DNA of 64,000 nt from the IMG/VR virus record IMGVR_UViG_3300023267_000001, positions 1 through 64,000 of that record; one strand, given 5' to 3'. The notes below the pieces were generated by a model. That model was not told the DNA's origin. It was given only the letters and a program-made list of their open reading frames with translations, and did no database searches. Numbering within the stretch: the first letter of the stretch is position 1; each line of letters starts with the position of its first letter. Positions 16,046-25,714 of the stretch are shown here, piece by piece. A program made the position numbers and the translations under genes. Origin of the DNA: a virus (Duplodnaviria > Caudoviricetes).

Positions 16046-16954
16046 ATGATTAGCTCTTATCCATCCATCTACAACCTTGGTCATGCCGCAATCGCCGATT
16101 TGCTCAAAGGCGAGGTCATAGTTGAGGAAAAAATCGACGGCTCTCAATTCAGCTTCTACAAAAACGAGGCTGGAGAGCTTCAATGCCGGTCAAAAGGTGC
16201 GCAGATTAACATGCTGGCACCGGAGGGCATGTTTGAAAAAGCTATTGAAACCGTCAAATCATTGGCTGACAAAATGCGGGCTGGTTACACCTATCGAGGT
16301 GAATACCTGCAAAAACCCAAACACAATGCGCTGGCGCATGACCGCGTCCCCGCCAAGCACATCATCTTGTTTGATGTCAATTCAGGCATTGAATCCTATC
16401 TAACTCCCGAAGAAAAAAAGGTGTGTGCCGATGAGCTTGGGCTGGAATTGGTGAAGCAGATTTTTTGCGGCAAGATTGACGATGTGCAACAGTTTCGGGC
16501 CTTGCTGGATAATGAATCCGTGCTTGGCGGTCAGAAAATCGAAGGTGTCGTCATCAAGCCGAAAAATTACGACTTGTTTGGAGGTGATAAGAAATGCCTG
16601 TTTGGTAAATTTGTATCCGAGGCTTTCCGTGAAGTTCACTCCAAAACTTGGGACGACGAACACAAGACTAAATCCAGCGGCGACATACTGGACATCCTTT
16701 CGGCCAAGTATGCGACTTGTGCCCGCTGGCAGAAAGCTGTCATTCACTTGAAAGAACGTGGGGTGCTGCAAAATGCCCCACAGGACATCGGCGAGCTAAT
16801 GAAGGAAGTGCCGGAGGATGTCAAAAAAGAATGCGAGTGGGACATCATGCAGGAGCTTTTTGCTTGGGCTTGGCCTCAATTACGCCGCCGCTTGAATCAC
16901 GGATTGCCTGAATGGTATAAGGAAGAATTGCTTAAAAAGCAGTTCGATAAATAA
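16046..16954 (+). CDS. ATP-dependent RNA ligase (Rnl2-like family)
   Basis: Nucleotidyltransferase motifs EEKIDGSQ (I), GEY (III), LFDV (IIIa), EGVVIK (IV), KFV (V). Confidence 0.85.
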   Translation: MISSYPSIYNLGHAAIADLLKGEVIVEEKIDGSQFSFYKNEAGELQCRSKGAQINMLAPEGMFEKAIETVKSLADKMRAGYTYRGEYLQKPKHNALAHDRVPAKHIILFDVNSGIESYLTPEEKKVCADELGLELVKQIFCGKIDDVQQFRALLDNESVLGGQKIEGVVIKPKNYDLFGGDKKCLFGKFVSEAFREVHSKTWDDEHKTKSSGDILDILSAKYATCARWQKAVIHLKERGVLQNAPQDIGELMKEVPEDVKKECEWDIMQELFAWAWPQLRRRLNHGLPEWYKEELLKKQFDK

Positions 16955-16983
16955 CCAAACCACCAACCATTTAAATTGAAATT

Positions 16984-17499
16984 ATGAAAAAGTTCTCAAA
17001 AATGACCAAGGCTCAAAAGCGTGTTGCGATTGCCAAGGATGTTATCAAGCAAATCGCGGCTCGTAACTTTAGGCCCAAGGGTGGAATTTATGTATCTCTA
17101 GCCAAGCCCGAGGCTGGCATGGGTGACTATGAAACCACCGCTGACAAAGCGTTTTTTAACGCCCGCAAGCGTAAGCCATGCGTCGTCTGTGCAAAGGGCG
17201 CAATGGTCTGCTCAACAATTCGCCTATTCAACAAATTCAGCGACAGTATCGCTGCCCTAGAGCCTAGTGTGGAGAATGTTTTGCGCCGCAATTTTGGGAA
17301 GCGCATGGGCGACATGATTGAATGCGCTTTCGAGCAATGGGATTTTGACGGATATGATGGTCACGAAAACAACCACATTCTCGGAAAGGATGCAGTAAAT
17401 CGTTCTTACGCTTTTGGTTTAAAGTATCGCTCCAATACCAAACGCATCATCGCCATCATGCGCAACATCATCGCTAACAAGGGGACTTTTAAGCCCTGA
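16984..17499 (+). CDS. hypothetical protein
   Basis: 171 aa with CVVCAKG; AAATTATG context. Confidence 0.7.
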   Translation: MKKFSKMTKAQKRVAIAKDVIKQIAARNFRPKGGIYVSLAKPEAGMGDYETTADKAFFNARKRKPCVVCAKGAMVCSTIRLFNKFSDSIAALEPSVENVLRRNFGKRMGDMIECAFEQWDFDGYDGHENNHILGKDAVNRSYAFGLKYRSNTKRIIAIMRNIIANKGTFKP

Positions 17500-17535
17500 A
17501 TTAAAAATCTGCCGGTTAAAAATTGAAATAAAAAT

Positions 17536-18477
17536 ATGGAAATCAAAAAAGCAACCCGTCAGGGCATCAAACCGTTAATCGGTGTCTATGGCGAATCTGG
17601 ATGTGGCAAAACAATGACCGCGCTTTTGCTGGCTCGCGGCATGGCTGGCCCAAATGGTAAAATCATTCTCATTGATAGCGAGTCTGGTCGAGGCTCCATG
17701 TATGCCGACGTGATTGAGGGTGGTTATGACGTGATTGAGTTGCGTGAACCGTTCAGTCCGGCACGCTACATTGAGGCCATCAAGGCGGTGGAGGATGCCA
17801 AGGCTGATGTTCTAGTGATTGATTCAGCCAGCCATGAGCACGAAGGCATTGGCGGCATCTTGGACATGGCAACCGAGAACGAGGTTCGCAGCGGGAAGGC
17901 TGGGCTTCATAACTGGAAAGTTCCAAAGATGGAGCATCAAAAGTTTATGCTCAAGATGCTGCAATCCACACTTCCAATCATCGTCTGTTTGCGGGCGAAG
18001 TATAAAACCCGCCAGAAAAAAGAGAACGGCAAGACGGTCATTGTGAAGGATGAGGTGACTTCGCCAATTCAGAGTGAGGATTTCATCTACGAAATGTCCT
18101 ACCATTTCGAGATTTTGCAAAATCACAACATCGTCACAACCAAGTCATCGCACCCAGACTTGCGCAAATGCTTTCCAGACGACAATTCAACTCCAGTCAC
18201 GATTGAGAACGGAAAAAGGCTGGCGGAATGGTGCAAGAGCGCAGGAACCCCCAAGGCGGCGACTTCTGCCACCAAATCTGAACTCGATGCCGCGAAGGGT
18301 GCGCTCTGGAACCTGCTCAAGTCCAAATGCAAAGATGTCGTCGCGCTACAACAATGGCTTGTAGATGAGCGCGTAATCGACCCCGACATGCAGCTTTCAG
18401 CCATGTCTGTCGGAGAACTGAAACAAGCCACCAAAATGGCCGAGGCTCGTCTGGCTGAAATTGAAAATAAAAGTTAA
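17536..18477 (+). CDS. AAA-family P-loop NTPase (Sak4/AAA_24-like, recombination)
   Basis: Walker A GESGCGKT; IIDSE; Walker B LVIDSASHE. Confidence 0.85.
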   Translation: MEIKKATRQGIKPLIGVYGESGCGKTMTALLLARGMAGPNGKIILIDSESGRGSMYADVIEGGYDVIELREPFSPARYIEAIKAVEDAKADVLVIDSASHEHEGIGGILDMATENEVRSGKAGLHNWKVPKMEHQKFMLKMLQSTLPIIVCLRAKYKTRQKKENGKTVIVKDEVTSPIQSEDFIYEMSYHFEILQNHNIVTTKSSHPDLRKCFPDDNSTPVTIENGKRLAEWCKSAGTPKAATSATKSELDAAKGALWNLLKSKCKDVVALQQWLVDERVIDPDMQLSAMSVGELKQATKMAEARLAEIENKS

Positions 18478-18479
18478 AA

Positions 18480-19139
18480 TTGAAAACAAACATTTACATT
18501 TTGGTTGATGAATTTGGAATGCCTAGATATGTGGGCCGAACTGTAGCTCGACCACAAACTAGGCTTGCCTCTCACCTTTGGGAGGCAAGAAGCCTGTCTA
18601 AAACCTATAAATCGAGATGGATTTTAAGTATGCTTGGGCGGGGTCTGTCTCCTAAAATTATAGTGATTCAAGTAGTAGTTGGGCTTGCCCATATAGAGGA
18701 GTGTATTTGGATAGCCGCATTTAAAAATGCGGGTGCGAGATTAACCAACTTAACAATCGGCGGCGAGGGTTCTGTTGGAAATATTCAAAGTGATGAATCC
18801 CGCCGCAAAAAAAGCTTAGCACTTAGGGGCATGGTTCGCTCGCTGGAATCAAGAATGAGGATGAGCGCAGCACGGAAAGGAATTCCAATCTCGCAAGCCC
18901 ACCGAGATAAAATCAGCCTAGCCAACTCTGGCAAGAAGCGAACTGAGGCCCAAAGAAAAATAATTTCGCTAAGGCTAACCGGAAGATTGGTTTCAAATAA
19001 AACTCGGCTCAAATTGAGTCTAGCAAAGATTGGAAAGCACCTTTCGAGGGCGACTCGAAATAAAATATCACGCGCAAAAACAGGAGTTAAATTAACACCA
19101 AGGCACAAACTTAATATAAAAATCGGGATGAATAATTAA
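18480..19139 (+). CDS. GIY-YIG homing endonuclease with NUMOD3 repeats
   Basis: NIYILVD..PRYVGRT..R...H; six S/T..R.K.S...G repeats at 17-aa spacing. Confidence 0.85.
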   Translation: MKTNIYILVDEFGMPRYVGRTVARPQTRLASHLWEARSLSKTYKSRWILSMLGRGLSPKIIVIQVVVGLAHIEECIWIAAFKNAGARLTNLTIGGEGSVGNIQSDESRRKKSLALRGMVRSLESRMRMSAARKGIPISQAHRDKISLANSGKKRTEAQRKIISLRLTGRLVSNKTRLKLSLAKIGKHLSRATRNKISRAKTGVKLTPRHKLNIKIGMNN

Positions 19140-20525
19140 ATGAAAGCTAAAATACTAAAAATCAAAAACATCGGCATGATTGCCGACGAAATCATTGAGT
19201 TGAATCTTCCATTGCTGGTGTTCTACGGCCAGATAAAACAAGGAAAGACCACCATCCTTAATTGTGTCAGATGGGTTTGTGGTGGTGAATTTCCATCTGA
19301 CATAATCAGCCACGGAAAAGACGAAGGCTCAATCGAAATTGAGTTCGATAGCGGTGTCATCAGTCGTTCGTTTTATCGCTCTGCTAAAGGCGGCGAGACG
19401 AAGGCGCGTCCAGTTGTTTTTGTGAAGGACGGAAAGCCCGTTGCCAGCCCTGTCACCGAAATCAAACGAATGCTGAACCCTTTTCTGCTGAATCAGGATT
19501 ACTTGGCTCAAATGAGCGAACTCGAACGCAAACGCTATTTCACCGACCTGTTTGGCGTGGACACCACCGACTTGGATAAAGAGCTTTTCAATCTGGAATC
19601 AGCAGCCAGCGGACTACGCTCTGAAATCAAAGGCTTTGGCGACATCGACCTGACGAAGTTTGAAACCGCTGATGTCACCGCGCTGAACACGGCTCGGACT
19701 GAAATCTTGAACAAGGCCAAGGCCGACCGCGAGAAACTTGAATCCGAACTCACGGCAATCAACTCAAAATTCGACGCCGATACCGAGGCATGGCGCAAAA
19801 CCGTGGATGAAATCAGCGGCAAGAATGCAACCGTTCAGCGCGGTGAGGAGTCGTTTGAGCGCGTGGCTGGTGAAATCAAGGAGCTTGAGGCAAAACTTGT
19901 CGAACTCAAGGCCAAGCAGGACGCCACAAAGAAATGGCTGGATGCCAATCCAAAGCAGCTTACGCCTGCCAAGCCCGCCGCACCTGATACCACCAAGCTC
20001 AAGGCTGACATTCTGGCCCTGCATTCACCTGACACGGCGGCAATCGACAAGCATCTTTCTGATGCCTCTGCCCAGAACGTGCGGGCCGAGCAGTATCAGA
20101 AGAATCTTGAGCGCGACAAGCAGCGCAAGGCCAAGCAAGCCGACCTTGAAGCCAAGGAGGGCACCATTCGAGACAAGCGCAAGGAGAAAATTGCCCGCCT
20201 GACCTCAATCAACGAGTCCTGCAAAATCGCTGGGTTGAAGTTCGGCGAAGATGGCTCCTTTGAATACGAAGGCACACAAGCGGGAATGCTTTCCACCAGC
20301 CAGATTATGAAATTGTCCAGCGAGCTATCCGCGCTTTATCCCGATGGATTTGGGCTAGAATTGCTTGACCGTGGCGAATCCCTTGGCAAGTCCATCTTCC
20401 TGTTCGTCGAACGTGCCAACTCGGAGAAGAAAACGATTCTTGCGACCGTGGTTGGTGAGAAGCCTGCCAATACGCCGGAAGATGTCGGCGTATTCGTTGT
20501 GGAGAATGGAGAAATCAAGAAGTGA
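19140..20525 (+). CDS. SMC/Rad50-like ABC ATPase with coiled coil
   Basis: GQIKQGKTT Walker A, long coiled coil, LSTSQ signature, LLDRGESL Walker B variant. Confidence 0.8.
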   Translation: MKAKILKIKNIGMIADEIIELNLPLLVFYGQIKQGKTTILNCVRWVCGGEFPSDIISHGKDEGSIEIEFDSGVISRSFYRSAKGGETKARPVVFVKDGKPVASPVTEIKRMLNPFLLNQDYLAQMSELERKRYFTDLFGVDTTDLDKELFNLESAASGLRSEIKGFGDIDLTKFETADVTALNTARTEILNKAKADREKLESELTAINSKFDADTEAWRKTVDEISGKNATVQRGEESFERVAGEIKELEAKLVELKAKQDATKKWLDANPKQLTPAKPAAPDTTKLKADILALHSPDTAAIDKHLSDASAQNVRAEQYQKNLERDKQRKAKQADLEAKEGTIRDKRKEKIARLTSINESCKIAGLKFGEDGSFEYEGTQAGMLSTSQIMKLSSELSALYPDGFGLELLDRGESLGKSIFLFVERANSEKKTILATVVGEKPANTPEDVGVFVVENGEIKK

Positions 20526-21553
20526 AATCTCCCTTCAAAAACTGCAAGGTGGTAGGCTCCAACATCTCGCCGGAGGTCTATCTGCGCCAAGAGCCTGATG
20601 TCGTGGCTGGTAATCCAAAGATGGTCATGGGCCGGTCATCGCTGATGAAGTTCTTGGCCTGCCCCCACAAGTGGCTTAAATCGGTTCAGGACGACTCGGA
20701 ATCACTCCGCTGGGGCAACGTGATTGACTGCGCATTGCTGACTCCTGAATCATTCCAGCGGCGTTTTGTGGTGGCTCCTGAAACCTATCCAGCGGCCAAG
20801 GGTGAGGAGAAGCCTTGGAACTTTAACGCCACCTATTGCAAAGGATGGCGGTCTGACCGTGAGAGCGAGGGTTTTTCAGTCATTAAATCATCCGACATGG
20901 CAGAGGCTAACGCGGCGGTCAAAGCGATGGAGGAAAACGATTTTGCTGTTGAACTGCTTAAAAGTTCAGGCAAGCAAACGATGCTGGTCGGCGAATATCA
21001 CGACGAGGCCACTGGAATTGTTGTCCCATTGAAAGCGTTGCTCGACTTTGAGCCAGTGAAAGAAATCGTTGACGGCTTTGATTTAAAGCCATCGCCATTT
21101 GCCCGCTATCTGGGTGACTTAAAAACCACGGAAAGCGCAGCTCCAAGGGCATTTGAGAAGTCGATTTACACCTACAACTACGATGCCCAAGCATGGCTGT
21201 CCTTGACGCTCTATAACGCAGCGACAGGTGAACGCCGCGACGGCTGGCAGTTCATCATCCAAGAGAACAGCGCACCATTTGAGACGCCTGACCGTCATCC
21301 GGCCATTTACGAAGGAGGCGAGTTCATGCAGACCGGCGAGGCCAAGGTTATGCGCGCGCTGAAACTCTATTGCCAGTGCTTAAAAACCGGCATATGGCCG
21401 AGCTACCCGCTTGGTTCACGGATGAAGATTGGCAATTCGGCATACGTCGCCAATCCAGAACCTTGGATGCTAAAACAAATCGTCGAAGGCATGGATGAAA
21501 TCGTGATTCCTAGCGAGCAGCCCAAAGCCGAAACCAACGACGTGATTCCATGA
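20522..21553 (+). CDS. RecE/exonuclease VIII-like PD-(D/E)XK exonuclease
   Basis: SS.L.KFL.CP..W, WGNVID.ALL.P, LKALLD, DLKTT, YxYDAQ..L, FIIQE..APF. Confidence 0.85.
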   Translation: MKSPFKNCKVVGSNISPEVYLRQEPDVVAGNPKMVMGRSSLMKFLACPHKWLKSVQDDSESLRWGNVIDCALLTPESFQRRFVVAPETYPAAKGEEKPWNFNATYCKGWRSDRESEGFSVIKSSDMAEANAAVKAMEENDFAVELLKSSGKQTMLVGEYHDEATGIVVPLKALLDFEPVKEIVDGFDLKPSPFARYLGDLKTTESAAPRAFEKSIYTYNYDAQAWLSLTLYNAATGERRDGWQFIIQENSAPFETPDRHPAIYEGGEFMQTGEAKVMRALKLYCQCLKTGIWPSYPLGSRMKIGNSAYVANPEPWMLKQIVEGMDEIVIPSEQPKAETNDVIP

Positions 21554-21593
21554 CCAAAACCAGCAAGCCGATTCTGGCGCAGGAGTGAAATTT

Positions 21594-21836
21594 ATGAAAA
21601 CAGCTAACGAATTAAGAAAAGAGTTTGTTCCAGCGTTTCCGATGGTTTGCGATGACCTTAGTAAAAATCAGGTTATCCATGTGGGACTTGAAGCACGTGA
21701 TTATTTCGCGGCAAGGTTCGCTTCCGCTGAAATTCAACGCATCGGAATGGATGGTTGCGACAAATTTTTAATCTGCGCAATGGCCTACGAAATCGCCGAC
21801 GCAATGATGGAGGCTAGGCAATTGGATACCAAATGA
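21594..21836 (+). CDS. PAFP...RDYFAA family protein
   Basis: VPAFP...GLEARDYFAA...AYEIADAMMEAR; homologous to 15466-15717. Confidence 0.7.
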   Translation: MKTANELRKEFVPAFPMVCDDLSKNQVIHVGLEARDYFAARFASAEIQRIGMDGCDKFLICAMAYEIADAMMEARQLDTK

Positions 21837-22111
21837 CCTCCAACTTCAACCTCCCCGATGGCATGACTGGACGCGAATCAAATTTCTTTCCGCCTTACAT
21901 GAAAACTTGCGAGGCGTGTTTTGGAAGCGGTGAAATACCTGCCGACGATATTCGCAAGCTGACGCTATGGGAGATGATTAAGGGTCTGTTTATTGAGACG
22001 TGGGATGAGTGTCCCGCATGCAAAGGTTATGGCGAGGTTGAAATGACCAATGAAGAAATTGAATCCGAACGCGCGAGCCATGAGGATGATGGGCGGGATT
22101 TGGAGACTTGA
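21833..22111 (+). CDS. DnaJ-type zinc-finger-like protein
   Basis: CEACFGSGE and CPACKGYGE. Confidence 0.7.
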   Translation: MTSNFNLPDGMTGRESNFFPPYMKTCEACFGSGEIPADDIRKLTLWEMIKGLFIETWDECPACKGYGEVEMTNEEIESERASHEDDGRDLET

Positions 22112-22116
22112 AATTT

Positions 22117-22494
22117 ATGAAAAACTCTGAAACAATCGAACTGAACCGATTCTTGGCTGAAAATGTCATGGGTTGGAAGCTGCGTAATTACGAAACCGGA
22201 AAGCTGGCAAAAACGCCGGAAGAATATGCTGACGCGGCCACAAATGATGGTTGGGCTTGGTATAGCGCAAGCCACCAGTCAGACAAAGAAGCGTGGGAGT
22301 GGCAACCGTCTGCTGATGCCGCTTGTGCTTTTAAAGTGTTGAAGGCTATTGCGAAACATCATGCGAACCCGATTCAAATATGGGAGCGCAGCGGTGTGTG
22401 GAGAGTTTCCCAAAGCCATCGGACTGATTATGAAGAAGCGGAAACACTTGAGCTGGCCATTTGTTATTATGCCAAAAACCTTTTCTCCAAATAA
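22117..22494 (+). CDS. phage ABA-sandwich-like domain protein
   Basis: ELNRFLAENVMGW...WQPS.D..CAF.VL...AET.ELAIC. Confidence 0.6.
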   Translation: MKNSETIELNRFLAENVMGWKLRNYETGKLAKTPEEYADAATNDGWAWYSASHQSDKEAWEWQPSADAACAFKVLKAIAKHHANPIQIWERSGVWRVSQSHRTDYEEAETLELAICYYAKNLFSK

Positions 22495-22496
22495 CC

Positions 22497-22877
22497 ATGC
22501 CAACAATCTCACACGCGGACTATTTAATGATGCAACGAAAGTTGCAGGGTGGTAGGAATGCGCTGGCTGACAGCCGTGAAGCTGGAGAGCAATCCACCGT
22601 CGAGAGCAAGCTGCACGAGCAAATAAAGGGTGAATGTAAACGTAGGTGCTGGCTGGCATTCCACGGGTCTATGGCACACAGGGCAATGCGAACTCTTGGG
22701 GAGCCAGATTTCACAATCGCCGCCAATGATGGCCGCGTGTTCTTTATCGAGGCCAAGACCAAGACTGGAAAGCTTTCGAGTGAACAGTTAGGTGTGGGGC
22801 ATTTGTTGAATGCGTTGAATCAGCGATATAAAGTAGTCCGCAGCATTCAAGAATTTATTGACTTTGTGGAATCCTAA
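22497..22877 (+). CDS. VRR-NUC domain nuclease
   Basis: ES.LH.QI...GEPDF...GRVFFIEAKTKTGKLSSEQ...VVRSIQEF. Confidence 0.85.
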   Translation: MPTISHADYLMMQRKLQGGRNALADSREAGEQSTVESKLHEQIKGECKRRCWLAFHGSMAHRAMRTLGEPDFTIAANDGRVFFIEAKTKTGKLSSEQLGVGHLLNALNQRYKVVRSIQEFIDFVES

Positions 22878-22891
22878 TTTATGCTCCTTGC

Positions 22892-23003
22892 ATGCGACAA
22901 TTTAAATTCATCTTCCCGTGCGCCGAAGGCCGAAAGGCTACTTCGCGGCCCTGCCGCAGTTGTCGCATACCGGCGCACGGGGATTCCTCAAAATGCGACA
23001 ATG
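22892..23003 (+). promoter_or_regulatory. structured switch-like leader of the HNH gene
   Basis: ATGCGACAAT at 22892 and 22993; complement GTTGTCGCAT at 22959 inside the 11-bp hairpin CCCGTGCGCCG/CGGCGCACGGG. Confidence 0.6.
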
Positions 23004-23495
23004 AAAACTGCTCTGGAAAGATTCTGGTCTAAGGTTGATAAAAACGGGCCGGTTCCAAGCCATGTTCCTGAATTGGGAAAGTGCTGGAACTGGACTGGAT
23101 GCAAAATTAAAAAAGGTTACGGACAATTCTCTAAAGGCTCCGGCAAGGTAATTGGTGCCCACAGATTTTCGTTTTTAATTCTCAACGGCAAGATTCCAGA
23201 TGGAAATCTAATTTGCCATCGTTGTGACAACCCATCTTGCGTTAATCCCGACCATCTTTTCGCTGGAACATATGCCGAAAACGCAAAAGATTGCTCAAAT
23301 AAAGGACGCGCCAAGGGAGGTACCGCAAGAGGAGTTAAACACCCAGTCAGTAAACTAAGCGAAGAGGTGGTTCGCTATATTAAAACCCATAAATGGAAAT
23401 ATGGCGAGAAAGTGATTTTTGCTAAAAAGATTGGAGTTAGCCAAAGCCAAGTAGTGGCAATAGCTAAAGGAATTTGGTGGAAACACATAAAATGA
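23001..23495 (+). CDS. HNH homing endonuclease
   Basis: [45 protein letters not shown]; start moved to MKTALERF. Confidence 0.9.
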   Translation: MKTALERFWSKVDKNGPVPSHVPELGKCWNWTGCKIKKGYGQFSKGSGKVIGAHRFSFLILNGKIPDGNLICHRCDNPSCVNPDHLFAGTYAENAKDCSNKGRAKGGTARGVKHPVSKLSEEVVRYIKTHKWKYGEKVIFAKKIGVSQSQVVAIAKGIWWKHIK

Positions 23496-23532
23496 AACAC
23501 TTCTGCCGCACATTTTGGCCGGAAAGGTTTAT

Positions 23533-23754
23533 ATGAAAATAATGTTATGTGATTCCAGAGCCGAAAGGCTCGCTGTCTTGTTGGCTGAAAGCACGACAAA
23601 TCATTGTTTTGTTATTGAAAGAGAAAGAACTCCAGAGCTTACCAAAGATGTTTTGGAAGCAATTACCAAAGAACTTTGCGCTGTTAAAGATGATGGTAAA
23701 CCCAATCAGCCTTTTTACATGGCATTACCGAAATACAAAAAGAGGAACAAATAA
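23533..23754 (+). CDS. hypothetical protein
   Basis: Start moved to ATG 23533. Confidence 0.5.
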   Translation: MKIMLCDSRAERLAVLLAESTTNHCFVIERERTPELTKDVLEAITKELCAVKDDGKPNQPFYMALPKYKKRNK

Positions 23755-23899
23755 CCTATGACCCAACCCGAAAGGAAAATGATATGAAGACATCAAAATA
23801 TAATTGGCCTTACAGCCACAACTAATGAAACAATGTGAAAATCCAGATGAATGTACATATTCAGACTGTCCAACAGCGTTCTGTGATAAGAATAACCCT

Positions 23900-24556
23900 A
23901 TGACCCCACCCGAAACTAAATTGCTGCCGTGTCCTTGGTGCAAAGCGAAACCCAACTGGAATGATGATTTTAAAGTTTATGACATCATTCATTCAGATAT
24001 TTGCCCGTTGCAATTTCATATCGAGTTCATTAGGCCATCGCAGGTAAATCAATGGAACACCCGCCAACCATCCCCCGAACTGGAAAGAGTTTCACTACCT
24101 TGCTGGCTTAAAAAGCAGCAAGAATATCTACATATTCAAACTACGAATGAATTAAGAACATCCGAACTGGAAAAGTTGAAAGAATATATCGGCCTGTGTC
24201 ACGAGCATGAACATGACCTGCGTAAGGAACTGGAAAAGTTGCAGGCTGATTGTGTGGCAGCGAAAGACTTATTGTTGCTGATTCATAATACAGAAAACTG
24301 CCCGCTCTGTTCTTGTGGTGAAATGGGTGAAAACTTTGATAACTGCCATTACACTCACGCCCTCTCCACCACTTCCGGTCAGCAGCTACTGGAAGAGTTG
24401 GCAGAGGCGAGGAAAGATAGGGAATGGCTCGACTTTGCTATACTTTATCCCAATAAATTTCTTAAACTAATGGAGACACGAGCGCATGGTGGATTCCCAG
24501 AACAAGAAAAGAAACAAGGTCGCCACGCCATTGACGAAGCCATAAAAAGCCAATGA
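23900..24556 (+). CDS. Lar-like zinc-ribbon protein with coiled-coil extension
   Basis: KLLPCPWC...H...CPL...WNTR matches the Lar-family pattern; additional CPLC; start uncertain. Confidence 0.55.
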   Translation: MTPPETKLLPCPWCKAKPNWNDDFKVYDIIHSDICPLQFHIEFIRPSQVNQWNTRQPSPELERVSLPCWLKKQQEYLHIQTTNELRTSELEKLKEYIGLCHEHEHDLRKELEKLQADCVAAKDLLLLIHNTENCPLCSCGEMGENFDNCHYTHALSTTSGQQLLEELAEARKDREWLDFAILYPNKFLKLMETRAHGGFPEQEKKQGRHAIDEAIKSQ

Positions 24557-24900
24557 AACCCCGCAAACCAAGAAATCGCCGGTTGCCAGAGGGTCGCAGG
24601 AATCGACAGTTAAAACGAGCCATTGGCCGGATTGACATCACGAAATGTGGTGCGCCAGCCGGTCATTCGCTTTACGATTTCCTGTTAGGTGAAGTGGAGG
24701 CATCAAAGATAGTTGATGTGGCTTTGAAGCAAGGTATTTCAGAACATCGCTGCGAGCTGCTGGGCGAACTTGAATTGCAGGCTCTTTACTCCGAAACCGT
24801 GAATGATTACAGCGGGCCTCCGGTGGCAAAGGTTTCGGAGCCGCAAGACCCAAATAAATTTGAGCCTAAAACAATTCAAGGCCCAAGCCTTTCGACCTGA
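24553..24900 (+). CDS. hypothetical protein (last gene of the plus-strand early/middle block)
   Basis: 115 aa; ATGA overlap. Confidence 0.5.
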   Translation: MKPRKPRNRRLPEGRRNRQLKRAIGRIDITKCGAPAGHSLYDFLLGEVEASKIVDVALKQGISEHRCELLGELELQALYSETVNDYSGPPVAKVSEPQDPNKFEPKTIQGPSLST

Positions 24901-24926
24901 GCCTTGGTGTTTTGGTGGATGGTAGA

Positions 24927-25133
24927 TTAAGCGGCTCCAGACTTTGCCAGAGCGTCGGCCAGATAGCCAGCAGCAGTTTTCTTTCCCCACTTTTCTGACA
25001 GCGCATCCCAGTCAGCGGCAGTCAGCGGGGCGGTCGCCTCTTTCTTGATGAGCAAAACGATGTCGGTCACAAGTTCGGCTCCAAGCGGAATGGCGGCTTG
25101 GATTAGGATAGACCAAAGCTGGGGAGGTATCAT
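24927..25133 (-). CDS. small protein of the lysis-like cassette
   Basis: Amphipathic N-terminus, then LTAADWDAL; directly downstream of the lipoprotein gene. Confidence 0.65.
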   Translation of the reverse strand: MIPPQLWSILIQAAIPLGAELVTDIVLLIKKEATAPLTAADWDALSEKWGKKTAAGYLADALAKSGAA

Positions 25134-25139
25134 AAGATT

Positions 25140-25571
25140 TTATCGGACGATTGGGGTTGACGGGACGAATTGAGCGATGAACAAGGTCAGGTCGGTTGCC
25201 GCACTGATTGCGCGCGTCTGGAAGTCCGGGGAGCCGATTGCCGAGCCATTGGTTCCAGCAGCTATCACAGCGGCATTGGCCGCGCACCAAGCATTGTAGG
25301 CTTGAAGGTATTGCCCGTGCTTCTGGCTGGCCTCCTGCCACGTTTTGTCAGATGCCACCCACGCGGACAACTGGGACTGGGTTGCGGTCGCTCCTAGGGC
25401 ATTCTTGGCGCGCGCAACCTCGTAGGAAGCGAGTCCTTGCATTGCTTTATCGACCGCATTGCCGACTGCATCCGTGGTTTTGTAAGCCACTGTTTCGACC
25501 TTGCAACTTGCACCACACAGGAACGTGGTTACAAAGGCTGTGATTAAAAGAAGTTGGGTTAGTTTTTTCAT
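25140..25571 (-). CDS. lipoprotein (spanin-like candidate)
   Basis: MKK + hydrophobic segment + GASC lipobox-like motif; helical mature part. Confidence 0.65.
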   Translation of the reverse strand: MKKLTQLLLITAFVTTFLCGASCKVETVAYKTTDAVGNAVDKAMQGLASYEVARAKNALGATATQSQLSAWVASDKTWQEASQKHGQYLQAYNAWCAANAAVIAAGTNGSAIGSPDFQTRAISAATDLTLFIAQFVPSTPIVR

Positions 25572-25577
25572 GGTGTT

Positions 25578-25709
25578 TCAGGATTTAACCAGCGCATTCA
25601 CCGCAAGCAGGATAACCGCCACTGGAATCAGCGGCCAAGCGGGTTTGGCGATGCCGACCACGGCAAGGATTAGGGCGATTACAGGGAGGATGGTATGGAT
25701 TGATTGCAT
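25578..25709 (-). CDS. 43-aa two-TM peptide, holin candidate (not in ORF track)
   Basis: MQSIHTILPVIALILAVVGIAKPAWPLIPVAVILLAVNALVKS*. Confidence 0.65.
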   Translation of the reverse strand: MQSIHTILPVIALILAVVGIAKPAWPLIPVAVILLAVNALVKS

Positions 25710-25714
25710 AATTT

